Shown piece by piece: positions 8,509-17,378 of a stretch of 56,039 nt of DNA. The position numbers and the translations under genes are program-made. This DNA is from Candidatus Levyibacteriota bacterium (GTDB taxonomy: Bacteria > Patescibacteriota > Microgenomatia > Levybacterales > UBA12049): contig PJMG01000003.1 in NCBI GenBank assembly GCA_003173895.1, positions 1-56,039 of the forward strand, written 5' to 3'. Numbering within the stretch: the first letter of the stretch is position 1; each line of letters opens with the position of its first letter. Under the pieces are notes generated by a model that did not search any database, was not told the DNA's origin, and saw nothing but the letters and a program-made list of their open reading frames with translations.

Positions 8509-9117
8509 ATGAAAACACCAAAAGCAATTGAAAATTTAATTAATTCTTTTGAAAAGCTTCCTGGTATGGGACATAAAAGTGCTCAAAGACTTACTTTTTA
8601 TCTCCTGCATGTCCCACAGACTCAGTTAGATAGTTTTGCAGAAAGTTTAAAAAACCTAAAGACTAAAACTCTCTTCTGTTCTAACTGCATGATGATTGAT
8701 GAAACAGATCCGTGCAGTATTTGTTCAGATTCTAGCAGGGATCAAAATATTATTTGTGTGGTAGAAGATCCTGTAGATGTTTTAGCACTGGAAAAAGGTG
8801 GAACATATAAAGGTCTTTACCACGTTCTTCACGGTAAAATAGATCCTCTAAATAATATTGGACCAGATGAAATATATTTGGAACAATTGTTCCAAAGGGT
8901 AAAGGGTGAAGGGGTAAGGGTAAAAGAAATAATTCTGGCGACAAATCCCACGATGGAAGGTGAGGCTACTGCTATGTATATAGCTAAACAGTTGAAAGCA
9001 ATAAATCCTGAGCTAAAAATTACGAGAATTGGACGCGGACTGCCAATTGGGGCTGATATAGAATATGCAGACGATATGACTCTTAAAAATGCAATGGAAG
9101 GAAGAAGTGAAATATGA
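8509..9117 (+). CDS. recR: recombination protein RecR
   Basis: LPGMGHKSAQRL HhH, C4 zinc motif CSNC..CSIC, Toprim region; F1 insertion. Confidence 0.9.
   Translation: MKTPKAIENLINSFEKLPGMGHKSAQRLTFYLLHVPQTQLDSFAESLKNLKTKTLFCSNCMMIDETDPCSICSDSSRDQNIICVVEDPVDVLALEKGGTYKGLYHVLHGKIDPLNNIGPDEIYLEQLFQRVKGEGVRVKEIILATNPTMEGEATAMYIAKQLKAINPELKITRIGRGLPIGADIEYADDMTLKNAMEGRSEI
8895..8914 (+). repeat. family F G-rich 20-mer (F1) in frame in recR
   Basis: aagggtaaagggtgaagggg; 19/20 identical to 14372-14391; translated RVKGEG. Confidence 0.7.
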
Positions 9118-9872
9118 AATACAAAGCTATTATTTTTGATTTAGACGGAACTGCTATTTTAAATGCTCAGGATGCTATGCCATCTGAGAGAGTTAAAGAA
9201 GCAGTGAAAAAAGCTGAGAAACTTATTAAGGTTTCCGCAGCTACAGGACGACCTGATTCCACTGCTTTTTGGGTAATTGATGCGCTTAATTTAGAAAACC
9301 CTTGTGTTACCACTGCTGGTACTCAAATAATAGACCCTAAAACCAAAGAAATTTTATGGAAAGAAAGTATGCCAGCAGAGACTGTAAAGAAAGTTTTAGA
9401 AGTAGTGGATAAATTTCCATATGATGTAGTACTCGCCAGCCAATATGAAACTTTCCCAGAAGGTCCAAGGCCACAAATAATCACTGATGAATCTGTTATT
9501 TATGTAGGTTGGTTACCAATCTCAGAAAGTAGTGAAATAATTAATAAAATTAAAAGTGTAGCTGAAGTTAATATTCATGCTGCACTCGGTTATGATAAAG
9601 ATAGTGTAGGTTTACATGTTACCAGTCTAAATGCCAGTAAAAAGCATGCAATTAATAAATTAGAAGAATTTTTAGGTGTTAAAAAAGAAGAGATTATTGG
9701 TGTGGGTGATAGTAATAATGATCTACCACTTTTCGAAGCAGTGGGTTTGAAAGTTGCTATGGGAAATGCTACAGATGAATTAAAGAAAAATGCAGATTAC
9801 ATAGCTCCCAGAGTAGAAGATGATGGTTTAGCAGAAGTGATAGAAAAATTTGTGCTAAATAATACTATTTAA
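9114..9872 (+). CDS. Cof-type HAD-IIB family hydrolase
   Basis: IIFDLDGT motif I, GDSNNDLPLF motif IV. Confidence 0.75.
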   Translation: MKYKAIIFDLDGTAILNAQDAMPSERVKEAVKKAEKLIKVSAATGRPDSTAFWVIDALNLENPCVTTAGTQIIDPKTKEILWKESMPAETVKKVLEVVDKFPYDVVLASQYETFPEGPRPQIITDESVIYVGWLPISESSEIINKIKSVAEVNIHAALGYDKDSVGLHVTSLNASKKHAINKLEEFLGVKKEEIIGVGDSNNDLPLFEAVGLKVAMGNATDELKKNADYIAPRVEDDGLAEVIEKFVLNNTI

Positions 9873-9993
9873 CTGTGAATTTAGATTCTAATAGAATTTT
9901 GCCTCTAATTAAAAAAATCTAATTGCTTGTTTATTTCTTTATATGTTAACCTAAATTACTGACTTAAAAATTGAGTTTTATATTGAACACCAT

Positions 9994-10830
9994 ATGGCAG
10001 AAGAGAAAAGAAAATTAGGGCAGTTAATTCTAGCGCGTCATGGAGAATCTATGCATAACGTAGATAAATCTCATAGAGAGATGAGTAGCCGAGGAGTAGA
10101 TTATGATGCTTCTCAAAATTATTTAACAGAACTAGGTATAAAACAAGCTACAGAACTAGGAGAATATTTAGCTGACCTCTTTAAAGATACGCCTTCAAAA
10201 CTTATTAGAATTTATTCTTCTAAATCCCCGCGCGCTGAACAAACAGCCGATATAGTAGTAAATATTCTTAATAATAAACGTAAGAATAAACCAGATCATG
10301 CAGTTCGTACATATGAACTTGATAGCAGATGGAGAGAACAATCATTAGGTTTAGGTGAACCTCATCTAGCAAAAAATCATAATTTTTTGGTTCAACGTCA
10401 TGATGACTATTTTAGAAGCATAAATGGTAATCTAAGATTTAGGTTTGAAAAAAAACCTATTGTAGCTGAAGAGTTATCTGAGGCAGAGAGAAATATAATT
10501 GATGATTTAACTAAAGAATTAAATCTCTTAGGTAATGAAATATATGGTGAAAATTTAACAGATGTAGCTGTAAGAGAAAAAGATTCAGCTGCTGATTTAG
10601 AAGAATTCTTAAAAGAAGAGGGAGCAGTATCTATAATAATTACCCATAAAGGTTCGATGATTGCTTCCTTACAAGCTCTTATTAATAAAAATGTTGATGG
10701 AATTGTAGAGTTTATAAATGCCAATGGTAGTCCAGATAATTGTGATCTAGTAGTTTATAACTATGAACCTGATGCTTCTCGCAGAGAAAATAAATGGCAA
10801 TTACTAAGTTGGTTAGGAAAAGCAGCCTAA
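9994..10830 (+). CDS. histidine phosphatase family protein (PGM-like)
   Basis: LILARHGESMHN catalytic RHGE motif. Confidence 0.65.
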   Translation: MAEEKRKLGQLILARHGESMHNVDKSHREMSSRGVDYDASQNYLTELGIKQATELGEYLADLFKDTPSKLIRIYSSKSPRAEQTADIVVNILNNKRKNKPDHAVRTYELDSRWREQSLGLGEPHLAKNHNFLVQRHDDYFRSINGNLRFRFEKKPIVAEELSEAERNIIDDLTKELNLLGNEIYGENLTDVAVREKDSAADLEEFLKEEGAVSIIITHKGSMIASLQALINKNVDGIVEFINANGSPDNCDLVVYNYEPDASRRENKWQLLSWLGKAA

Positions 10831-10858
10831 ATTATTTAAATCTGTTAAAATATTCTCC

Positions 10859-11434
10859 ATGACTATTGGAATTTTTGGTGGAAGATTTGATCCTATTCAT
10901 AATGGACATTTAGCTGTAGCTAAAGAAATTTTTAAACAAAAACATCCAGATCAGATTTGGATGTTAGTGGAGAATATTCATCAATGGCGACCTATTGTGG
11001 CAAGTGCTGAAGATAGAATAAAAATGGTAGAATTGGCGATTAATGAATTAGGAGAAAAAAAAATTAAGGTTTCGGATTTAGCTATACGTTTAGGAGGAAT
11101 GACTGAAACAATTACTGTTATGAGACATCTACATAAACAATTTTCTAAAGATCAATTTTTTTTCATTTGTGGATCTGATCAATTAGAAAATTTCACCAAA
11201 TGGACTCATTGGGAGGAATTAAAAAAAGAAGTAAAATTTTGGATAGTTGAGAGAGGTAATTTCTCTATACATAACGTTCCAGAAAATTGTGAGATAATTC
11301 AAGATCCGAATTATATTCCACTTGAGGATAGTGCTACAGAGATTAGAGAAAGACTAAAATTAAATTTGTCTATAAAAAATTTAGTATCTGAAGGTGTAGA
11401 GAAATATATAATAAAGAAAAGATTATATAAATAA
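10859..11434 (+). CDS. nadD: nicotinate-nucleotide adenylyltransferase
   Basis: GIFGGRFDPIHNGHL nucleotidyltransferase motif; TAAAAT box 7 nt before the ATG. Confidence 0.85.
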   Translation: MTIGIFGGRFDPIHNGHLAVAKEIFKQKHPDQIWMLVENIHQWRPIVASAEDRIKMVELAINELGEKKIKVSDLAIRLGGMTETITVMRHLHKQFSKDQFFFICGSDQLENFTKWTHWEELKKEVKFWIVERGNFSIHNVPENCEIIQDPNYIPLEDSATEIRERLKLNLSIKNLVSEGVEKYIIKKRLYK

Positions 11435-12220
11435 ATGGAATTAGATTATAAGAAAACTTCATCTGAAATTATTTCCTGGATTAAAGATACAGTTAAAGCC
11501 GCTGGGTTTGAGAGATTAGTTATTGCTATCTCTGGGGGAATAGATTCTGCTGTTTCTGCTAAACTAGCTACTTTAGCTGTAGGTTCTAAAAATATTTTTC
11601 CTATTTTATTACCTTATGGCGATATGAGTAAAAATAGTATTCAAGATGGCGAATTAATTTTAGATTTTCTTAAAATACCTAAGGAGAATAGACAATTAAT
11701 TAATATAAAAAAATCTGTAGATGAAATGTGGAATACACTAGAAAAAGACACTTCATATACACTAGTTATGGCAACTATTAGAAAAGGTAATATCATGGCT
11801 AGAGTTAGGATGATTTATCTTTTTGATAAAGCTAAAAGTTTAAATGCTTTAGTGTGTGGAACTGAAAATAAATCTGAGCATCTGCTAGGGTATTTTACTA
11901 GGTTTGGAGATGCTGCTTCAGATCTAGAGCCAATTGTTAATTTATATAAAACCCAAGTTTGGGAAATGGGGCGTTTTCTAAATTTACCCCAAAAAATTAT
12001 AGATAATAAACCTACAGCGGGTCTTTGGGAGAATCAAACTGATGAAGAAGAATTCGGGTTTTTATATAAAGAGGGGGATTTGATACTAAATTTATATTTT
12101 GATCAAAAAGTGGAAATAAATAAAATTATTGAGAAAGGTTTTAATGAAGAATTAATTAATAAAGTTTTACTTAGAGTAAGAACTAATGCATTTAAAAATA
12201 AGCTACCATACGTTATTTAG
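11435..12220 (+). CDS. nadE: NAD+ synthetase
   Basis: ISGGIDSAV PP-loop motif; directly abuts nadD. Confidence 0.85.
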   Translation: MELDYKKTSSEIISWIKDTVKAAGFERLVIAISGGIDSAVSAKLATLAVGSKNIFPILLPYGDMSKNSIQDGELILDFLKIPKENRQLINIKKSVDEMWNTLEKDTSYTLVMATIRKGNIMARVRMIYLFDKAKSLNALVCGTENKSEHLLGYFTRFGDAASDLEPIVNLYKTQVWEMGRFLNLPQKIIDNKPTAGLWENQTDEEEFGFLYKEGDLILNLYFDQKVEINKIIEKGFNEELINKVLLRVRTNAFKNKLPYVI

Positions 12221-12244
12221 AGAATTCATACTTAATTTTTAGCT

Positions 12245-12278
12245 TTATACTCTATACAAAATACAGTATACTAAGTAC
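12245..12278 (+). promoter_or_regulatory. conserved ~32-nt promoter/operator-like motif (copy 1)
   Basis: tttatactctatacaaaatacagtatactaa; 29/32 identical to 36777-36808; TATACT lies 10 nt before the ATG. Confidence 0.45.
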
Positions 12279-12282
12279 TACT

Positions 12283-13017
12283 ATGCCAGATGGAATAGGT
12301 GGAATGCCGAGCGAGATTGGTCAAGCTATAAAACAGCAAGGTCAAGGCGCGGCAAAACAAATTGGTAACCAAATAACAGGAAATAACCCACAAGCCAGTA
12401 GACCAGCAAATAGTGGGGGAATAGATTTAGTGGATTTTAGTAAAGATGTAAAGAATCAGTTGGGAACAAATCAACCAGCAAAACCTACCTCCGGCTTAGG
12501 CGGCCAATTATTCGGTCCTAAAAAACCTGTTACTCCTAAGCCTTTGGGTGCAGGAGGTTTAGGTAATAATAAATTAGGAGGACTAGGTGATTTATTCGGT
12601 GGCGGTTTTGGTGGTGAGAAAAATCCATTTGGATTTGGTCCTAAAAAGCCAGCACCTAAACCAGCTGCTCAAATGCCTGATTTTTCTCAAGAGCAAAAAA
12701 AAACAGAGCAGAATTTAGAAGAAGTCAGGAAAGAATTATTTAATCAAATGTATGGGAAAGGAATATTAGATGTAGGAAAAACAGATGAAAGACAAAAACA
12801 GCAGGAAGAGCAGCAGAAATTACAAGAAGAAGAACAGAAAAGACAAGAAGAGAAAGAGATAAAAGCAGAGGAAGCGCAAAGTCTAGAATTACCCACTGGA
12901 AAAGCAAAACAAGGGATGTTAGGTCAGCCTAGAGTTAAAAAAGGTGGATTTAATTTTATGAAATGGTTAAAACCAAAGAGACAGAGTAATGAATCAAACT
13001 CGGGAAGTAGAGCGTAG
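12283..13017 (+). CDS. hypothetical low-complexity (Gly/Gln/Lys/Glu-rich) protein
   Basis: 244-aa ORF with GG-rich and EEQ-rich segments. Confidence 0.45.
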   Translation: MPDGIGGMPSEIGQAIKQQGQGAAKQIGNQITGNNPQASRPANSGGIDLVDFSKDVKNQLGTNQPAKPTSGLGGQLFGPKKPVTPKPLGAGGLGNNKLGGLGDLFGGGFGGEKNPFGFGPKKPAPKPAAQMPDFSQEQKKTEQNLEEVRKELFNQMYGKGILDVGKTDERQKQQEEQQKLQEEEQKRQEEKEIKAEEAQSLELPTGKAKQGMLGQPRVKKGGFNFMKWLKPKRQSNESNSGSRA

Positions 13018-13035
13018 TTTGATATAAAATATATC

Positions 13036-13056
13036 GGGGTCCTGTCGCACCACCCC
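13036..13056 (+). repeat. family B minimal (collapsed) element B3 in the cysS leader
   Basis: ggggtcctgtcgcaccacccc equals the fused 5' and 3' ends of B1/B2; TAAAAT box 5 nt upstream; ATG 8 nt downstream. Confidence 0.7.
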
Positions 13057-13064
13057 TCATTTTT

Positions 13065-14561
13065 ATGAAATTAAAAATTTATAACACTAAATCCAGAACT
13101 GTGGAGGAATTTAAACCATTAAAAGATAAAGTAGTTAATCTTTATGCTTGTGGAATGACTGTTTATGATAATGCGCATATAGGTCATGCCAAAAAATATA
13201 TTGGGGATGATATTTTAATTCGTGTTTTAAAACATGCAGGTTATAACTTAAAACACGCCATGAATGTTACTGATGTGGGACATTTAACTTCAGATCAGGA
13301 TACAGGGATGGATAAAATGGAAAAAGGTGCACGAAAATATGGACTGTCAGTTTGGGATGTAGCTAAAAAATTTGAAGCACAATTTTGGGATAGTATGGAT
13401 GCAGTTGGAAATAATCGTCCTGATATTTTAATGCACGCAACTGATTTTATTAAAGAACAAATGAATCTGATAAAAATTTTAGAGAAAAAAGGCTATACTT
13501 ATACCATAGAAGATGGAGTCTATTTTGATACTTCTAAATTTCCACATTATTTTGATCTATCTCATCAAAATCCAGAAGAATTAAAAAAAGGCGCGAGAGT
13601 AGAATTCGTCGCAGGTAAAAAAAATGTGGCAGATTTTGCACTTTGGAAGTTTAGTTATCCAAAAGGAGTGAGTTTTGAAGAGTATAAGAAAGAGATTACT
13701 TCGTATTCACTCACAAAGACGGAAATTACTAAAAGGCAAATGGAATGGGAGAGTCCATGGGGTTTAGGTTTTCCTGGTTGGCATATAGAATGTAGCGCAA
13801 TGAGCTTAAAGGCGCTAACTAATTTTGACCCTTCGACTCCGCTCAGGGTCGATGGTAACTATACCATCGATATTCACACAGGTGGTATAGATCATATTAA
13901 TGTTCATCATACTAATGAAATCGCTCAAAGCGAAGCTGCAACGGGTAAAGAATTTGTTCGATATTGGGTACACCATAATTTCCTGATGGTAAATGATGAA
14001 AAAATGAGTAAAAGTTTAGGTAATATTTTCACAGTACAAGATGTAATGGAAAAAGGATTTAAGCCAATGGTTCTTCGTTATTTATTTCTAACTGGACATT
14101 ATCGATCGGAAATGAATTTTACTTGGGAAAGTTTGGAAGCAGCACAAAAAGCATATGATAGATTATTGATGGAAGTTTATAATTTAAAAGGGCATGTTGG
14201 TTCTATTAATAAAGAATTTTTATCTTCTTTTGAAGGAGCACTTTATGATGACTTAAATACTGCCAAAGCAATCGCTATTATTTGGGAATTAATAAAATCC
14301 AATATTGATCCTTCGGAAAAACTCTCTACATTAAAAATCATGGATGAAGTTTTAGGACTAAAATTGTTTGGAAGGGTAAAGGGTCAAGGGGAAAGCGAAA
14401 AGCAAGAAATACCAAAGGAAATTGAACAGTTAAAAATAAAAAGAGAGGAATTTAGAAAAAATAAAGAGTTTAAAAAAGCGGATGAAATAAGAAAAGAGAT
14501 TGAAAATAGAGGATATGAAGTAATAGATACTAAATCAGATACAGTAATAAAGAAAAAATAA
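13065..14561 (+). CDS. cysS: cysteine--tRNA ligase
   Basis: HIGHA and KMSKS motifs, GWHIECSAM; two in-frame repeat insertions. Confidence 0.95.
   Translation: MKLKIYNTKSRTVEEFKPLKDKVVNLYACGMTVYDNAHIGHAKKYIGDDILIRVLKHAGYNLKHAMNVTDVGHLTSDQDTGMDKMEKGARKYGLSVWDVAKKFEAQFWDSMDAVGNNRPDILMHATDFIKEQMNLIKILEKKGYTYTIEDGVYFDTSKFPHYFDLSHQNPEELKKGARVEFVAGKKNVADFALWKFSYPKGVSFEEYKKEITSYSLTKTEITKRQMEWESPWGLGFPGWHIECSAMSLKALTNFDPSTPLRVDGNYTIDIHTGGIDHINVHHTNEIAQSEAATGKEFVRYWVHHNFLMVNDEKMSKSLGNIFTVQDVMEKGFKPMVLRYLFLTGHYRSEMNFTWESLEAAQKAYDRLLMEVYNLKGHVGSINKEFLSSFEGALYDDLNTAKAIAIIWELIKSNIDPSEKLSTLKIMDEVLGLKLFGRVKGQGESEKQEIPKEIEQLKIKREEFRKNKEFKKADEIRKEIENRGYEVIDTKSDTVIKKK
13828..13852 (-). repeat. family C repeat (reverse orientation) in frame in cysS
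   Basis: gacccttcgactccgctcagggtcg, translated DPSTPLRVD, between GWHIECSAM and DIHTGGIDH. Confidence 0.7.
14372..14391 (+). repeat. family F G-rich 20-mer (F2) in frame in cysS
   Basis: aagggtaaagggtcaagggg translated RVKGQG. Confidence 0.7.
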
Positions 14562-14689
14562 TGTCATCTCTATGAGTTTGGATTTCAAGAGCATGGCCTG
14601 AGTGTCTCGCCCGCTAATGCCTGAGTTTAGCGATGGCGAGCGGGAACAAAGGATCTCGTTCTAGATTCTTCACTTCGTTCAGAATGACA
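14562..14689. repeat. composite repeat: family H GC hairpin (14606-14644) plus reverse family C unit (14651-14689)
   Basis: ctcgcccgctaatgcctgagtttagcgatggcgagcggg; ggatctcgttctagattcttcacttcgttcagaatgaca. Confidence 0.65.
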
Positions 14690-14703
14690 GCTATACTAAC
14701 TTT

Positions 14704-15042
14704 ATGGATTCAACAATTGCTGGCTTAACGATGCCTTGTCCAAATTGTAAAAATGAAATACTAAAAAATAGTAATTTCTGTCAATTTTGTGGGTATAAGT
14801 TAAATGAAAAAATAACTTTGAGTCGCCAGTTTTATATTTATGCTGTTTCTCTTTTACTACCTCCTTTAGGATTAATTTGGTTTTTTAAATATTTTAGATC
14901 TTCAGAAGTAAATAAAAAAAATATTGCATATATAACCTTAATTTTAACTATTCTTTCTACATTTTTAACTATTTGGTGGACTATAAGTTTTATTAAAAGT
15001 TTTCAAAACAGTTTTTCTCAATATTCAAGTTTAGGATACTAA
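14704..15042 (+). CDS. zinc-ribbon domain membrane protein
   Basis: CPNCKNE..N.FCQFCG zinc ribbon followed by two TM segments; TATACT lies 6 nt before the ATG. Confidence 0.55.
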   Translation: MDSTIAGLTMPCPNCKNEILKNSNFCQFCGYKLNEKITLSRQFYIYAVSLLLPPLGLIWFFKYFRSSEVNKKNIAYITLILTILSTFLTIWWTISFIKSFQNSFSQYSSLGY

Positions 15043-15068
15043 AGAAAGTTTAATTCAATTATTTACCT

Positions 15069-15234
15069 AGAGTATACTTTTCGCAATTTTTCGACACGCT
15101 CGCGTACTTTGTTTGTGGAGATAGATAATATTCAAACTCGCTAATGGAATTTTCTCACCAAGGTTTGTTATAGATTTTATAATTTAATATTAAGAGAAAA
15201 TTTCAAATGTCTCAAAATTGAAAAAGCATACTCT
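15069..15234 (+). repeat. family A' nested-hairpin element (A'2)
   Basis: agagtatacttttcgcaatttttcgaca / tgtctcaaaattgaaaaagcatactct; inner ggaattttctc / gagaaaatttc; more than 90% identical to A'3 outside a variable spacer. Confidence 0.85.
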
Positions 15235-15300
15235 CCTTAAATATATAAAATAACTATATAAATATTGACAAACTTTTCTTTTTAGTGTCATGATAAATTT

Positions 15301-15795
15301 ATGTCAAAGAAAAAGGTAAAAAGCCAAAGACGAGATTCTTCGGCTTCGCTCAGAATGACAAGAGTACTTAAAAAGTTTTTTACTTCGGTAACTCCTTTTA
15401 CCCGCGCCTTAACTTTAATTTTACTCATTATTCTTCCAATTTTAGGTTTTAAATTAGGACAGCTTTATCAGAAAAATATTGATTTTAGAAATATCCCTGT
15501 AGAATTTTGCATGAGAGCTAGAAGTGCGAAAATTATAGACATCCGTTTAACTGATAGTGGGAAAACTTTTAACGCTAATGTAGGTGATAGTATAAAACTA
15601 AATTTACCAAGTAATTTTACCTGGAGTGTAGATACAGGTCCTGATGATATAGTGGATAAAATTTCAGATAACCAATATGTAGCTTTAAAACCAGGAACAG
15701 CAACTATTCAAGGTTATGGCAGACCAGCTTGTCAACCTGGGATGTTATGTTCACAGTTAGTAGTTAATTTTACTGCAACAGTAGAGATTAAATAA
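15301..15795 (+). CDS. hypothetical membrane-anchored protein (N-terminal TM, beta-rich C-domain)
   Basis: 164-aa ORF; the N-terminus contains a family C repeat. Confidence 0.5.
   Translation: MSKKKVKSQRRDSSASLRMTRVLKKFFTSVTPFTRALTLILLIILPILGFKLGQLYQKNIDFRNIPVEFCMRARSAKIIDIRLTDSGKTFNANVGDSIKLNLPSNFTWSVDTGPDDIVDKISDNQYVALKPGTATIQGYGRPACQPGMLCSQLVVNFTATVEIK
15329..15360 (-). repeat. family C repeat (reverse) in frame at the N-terminus of ORF 15301
   Basis: gacgagattcttcggcttcgctcagaatgaca translated RRDSSASLRMT. Confidence 0.7.
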
Positions 15796-15833
15796 CTATT
15801 GACAAGTAAATTAAAATAGATCTTAATAAATTT

Positions 15834-16382
15834 ATGCCAACTAAATCTTCTGTTAATAATGATAGAACTAAAACTATCCTTACATGGACAGTCATTATTC
15901 TTTCAATTGCACTAGTTCTAAGTTGGTTAAAATATGTAAAATCTGAATTTAGATGGTTTAACTATGCACCAGTAGCTCAACAAGTTATCTTTGAAGCGCC
16001 TAATTATACAGCTCGCGAAGAAGCTTGGATGATAGCAGATACTATTACTACAGTACCTACATCTCAAAATCCTCTTTATAAAGAGTCAACTACATTAGAA
16101 AGTTATATCTCTTCCATCAGTAATGGTGTAAAGAGAGATATGGTAGTAGTTGATACTAATAAAATGATATTAGCTGATACTGTCTCTAAAAATGTAGGAT
16201 CCAAATTCATGGAAGATAAAGGTAATGAAGTTGGTCAAACTATAGCAGATGGAAATATCAGAAGTTTTGAAGAAATAAGTGGCGATTATCCTAAAGGTAT
16301 AACTCAAGTAGTGCTCCCTATGAAAGATCAAAGTGGGAAAGCTTTAGGTGCAGTAATCGTCTCCATAACACAAATTAAGTAA
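15834..16382 (+). CDS. hypothetical membrane-anchored protein
   Basis: 182-aa ORF with N-terminal TM; TTGACA-18-TTAATA just upstream. Confidence 0.5.
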   Translation: MPTKSSVNNDRTKTILTWTVIILSIALVLSWLKYVKSEFRWFNYAPVAQQVIFEAPNYTAREEAWMIADTITTVPTSQNPLYKESTTLESYISSISNGVKRDMVVVDTNKMILADTVSKNVGSKFMEDKGNEVGQTIADGNIRSFEEISGDYPKGITQVVLPMKDQSGKALGAVIVSITQIK

Positions 16383-16450
16383 AATTTTACCTTCATTCAT
16401 AATTTATTCAGAATAGACTGATAATATAACATCTTTGTCATAAAAAATAC

Positions 16451-16573
16451 TTTGGTATATACTCCTTCGCAATCAAATATAAAATATAATACCTAACGAA
16501 TCTTTGATTTGTTAAAAAAGTTTTAGGGATAAACTTTAATGATACTTTGATTGCTACGGAAGTATATGCCAAA
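16451..16573 (+). repeat. long-stem intergenic hairpin element (A''-type)
   Basis: tttggtatatactccttcgcaatcaaa pairs with tttgattgctacggaagtatatgccaaa (about 27 bp). Confidence 0.6.
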
Positions 16574-16625
16574 ATTTGTAAAATCAAAGTAGAGTGGTAT
16601 ACAATAAATTTGGGAGGACTTATCT

Positions 16626-17240
16626 ATGGATAAAATTAAAAGTTGGTTTAAAAAATTAAAAAGAATGAAGCTTAGTAAAATGCATTTAGACTATATTGCT
16701 GGGCTTTTAACCATTCCTGTTCTTTTGACTGCTATTTTAATCAACTTTACTAATTTAGATAAAAATAAAACTGTTACTCCTCCGCCAGTTGGCGGACCTA
16801 CCAGCTCACCTAACTCTAAGGTAATCGTAATAACACAACCAGTAAATAATACTCAGCCTACACCTGATGCTCAAACTTGTACTAAAAGCATAGGTCCTAT
16901 ATCGATTACATATCCTACTGAAGGTCAGAATGTTTCTGATAATCCACTTTGTATAAATATTGATTATTCCAATAATAATTATTGTTCTGTGGTTTGGTCA
17001 TATAGAATAAATAATGGTTCTTGGTCAGCGTATAATAGTGATGAGCCATGTTTATATAATTTACCCTCAGGTTCTGTCCAATTCCAACTACGTGTTCAAA
17101 GTACAGTTTCTAACAGCAGTGAAACATTAACCCGTAATTTTACTTATTCTGGAACTAATAACGGTCCAACACCCACGCCAACTCCCAGTAATACTTCTAC
17201 TCCTACGCAAGCTGTGGCTTCTTCATCGGCTGGAATATAA
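16626..17240 (+). CDS. hypothetical secreted/membrane-anchored protein
   Basis: 204-aa ORF, GGGAGGA SD, N-terminal TM, PT-rich C-terminus. Confidence 0.5.
   Translation: MDKIKSWFKKLKRMKLSKMHLDYIAGLLTIPVLLTAILINFTNLDKNKTVTPPPVGGPTSSPNSKVIVITQPVNNTQPTPDAQTCTKSIGPISITYPTEGQNVSDNPLCINIDYSNNNYCSVVWSYRINNGSWSAYNSDEPCLYNLPSGSVQFQLRVQSTVSNSSETLTRNFTYSGTNNGPTPTPTPSNTSTPTQAVASSSAGI
16791..16806. repeat. family D palindrome variant (D3) in frame
   Basis: tccgccagttggcgga translated PPVGG. Confidence 0.7.
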
Positions 17241-17270
17241 TTGATTTTTAGGATTTGCTTGAATAGCTTT

Positions 17271-17335
17271 TGTCATTTCGACGAAAAAATGAGGAGAAAT
17301 CTCTAAGAGATCTCTCACTTAAGTTCGAGATGACA
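17271..17335. repeat. inverted doublet of C-like units (REPIN-like)
   Basis: tgtcatttcgacgaaaaaatgaggagaaatctc / gagatctctcacttaagttcgagatgaca. Confidence 0.7.
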
Positions 17336-17341
17336 GTTAGA

Positions 17342-17370
17342 TTGTATTTTTTTAATTTGTAAAATATAAT
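17342..17370 (+). promoter_or_regulatory. putative promoter giving a leaderless or very short-leader MFS mRNA
   Basis: TTGTAT-17 nt-TATAAT, ATG 8 nt downstream, no SD. Confidence 0.45.
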
Positions 17371-17378
17371 TATATTTC

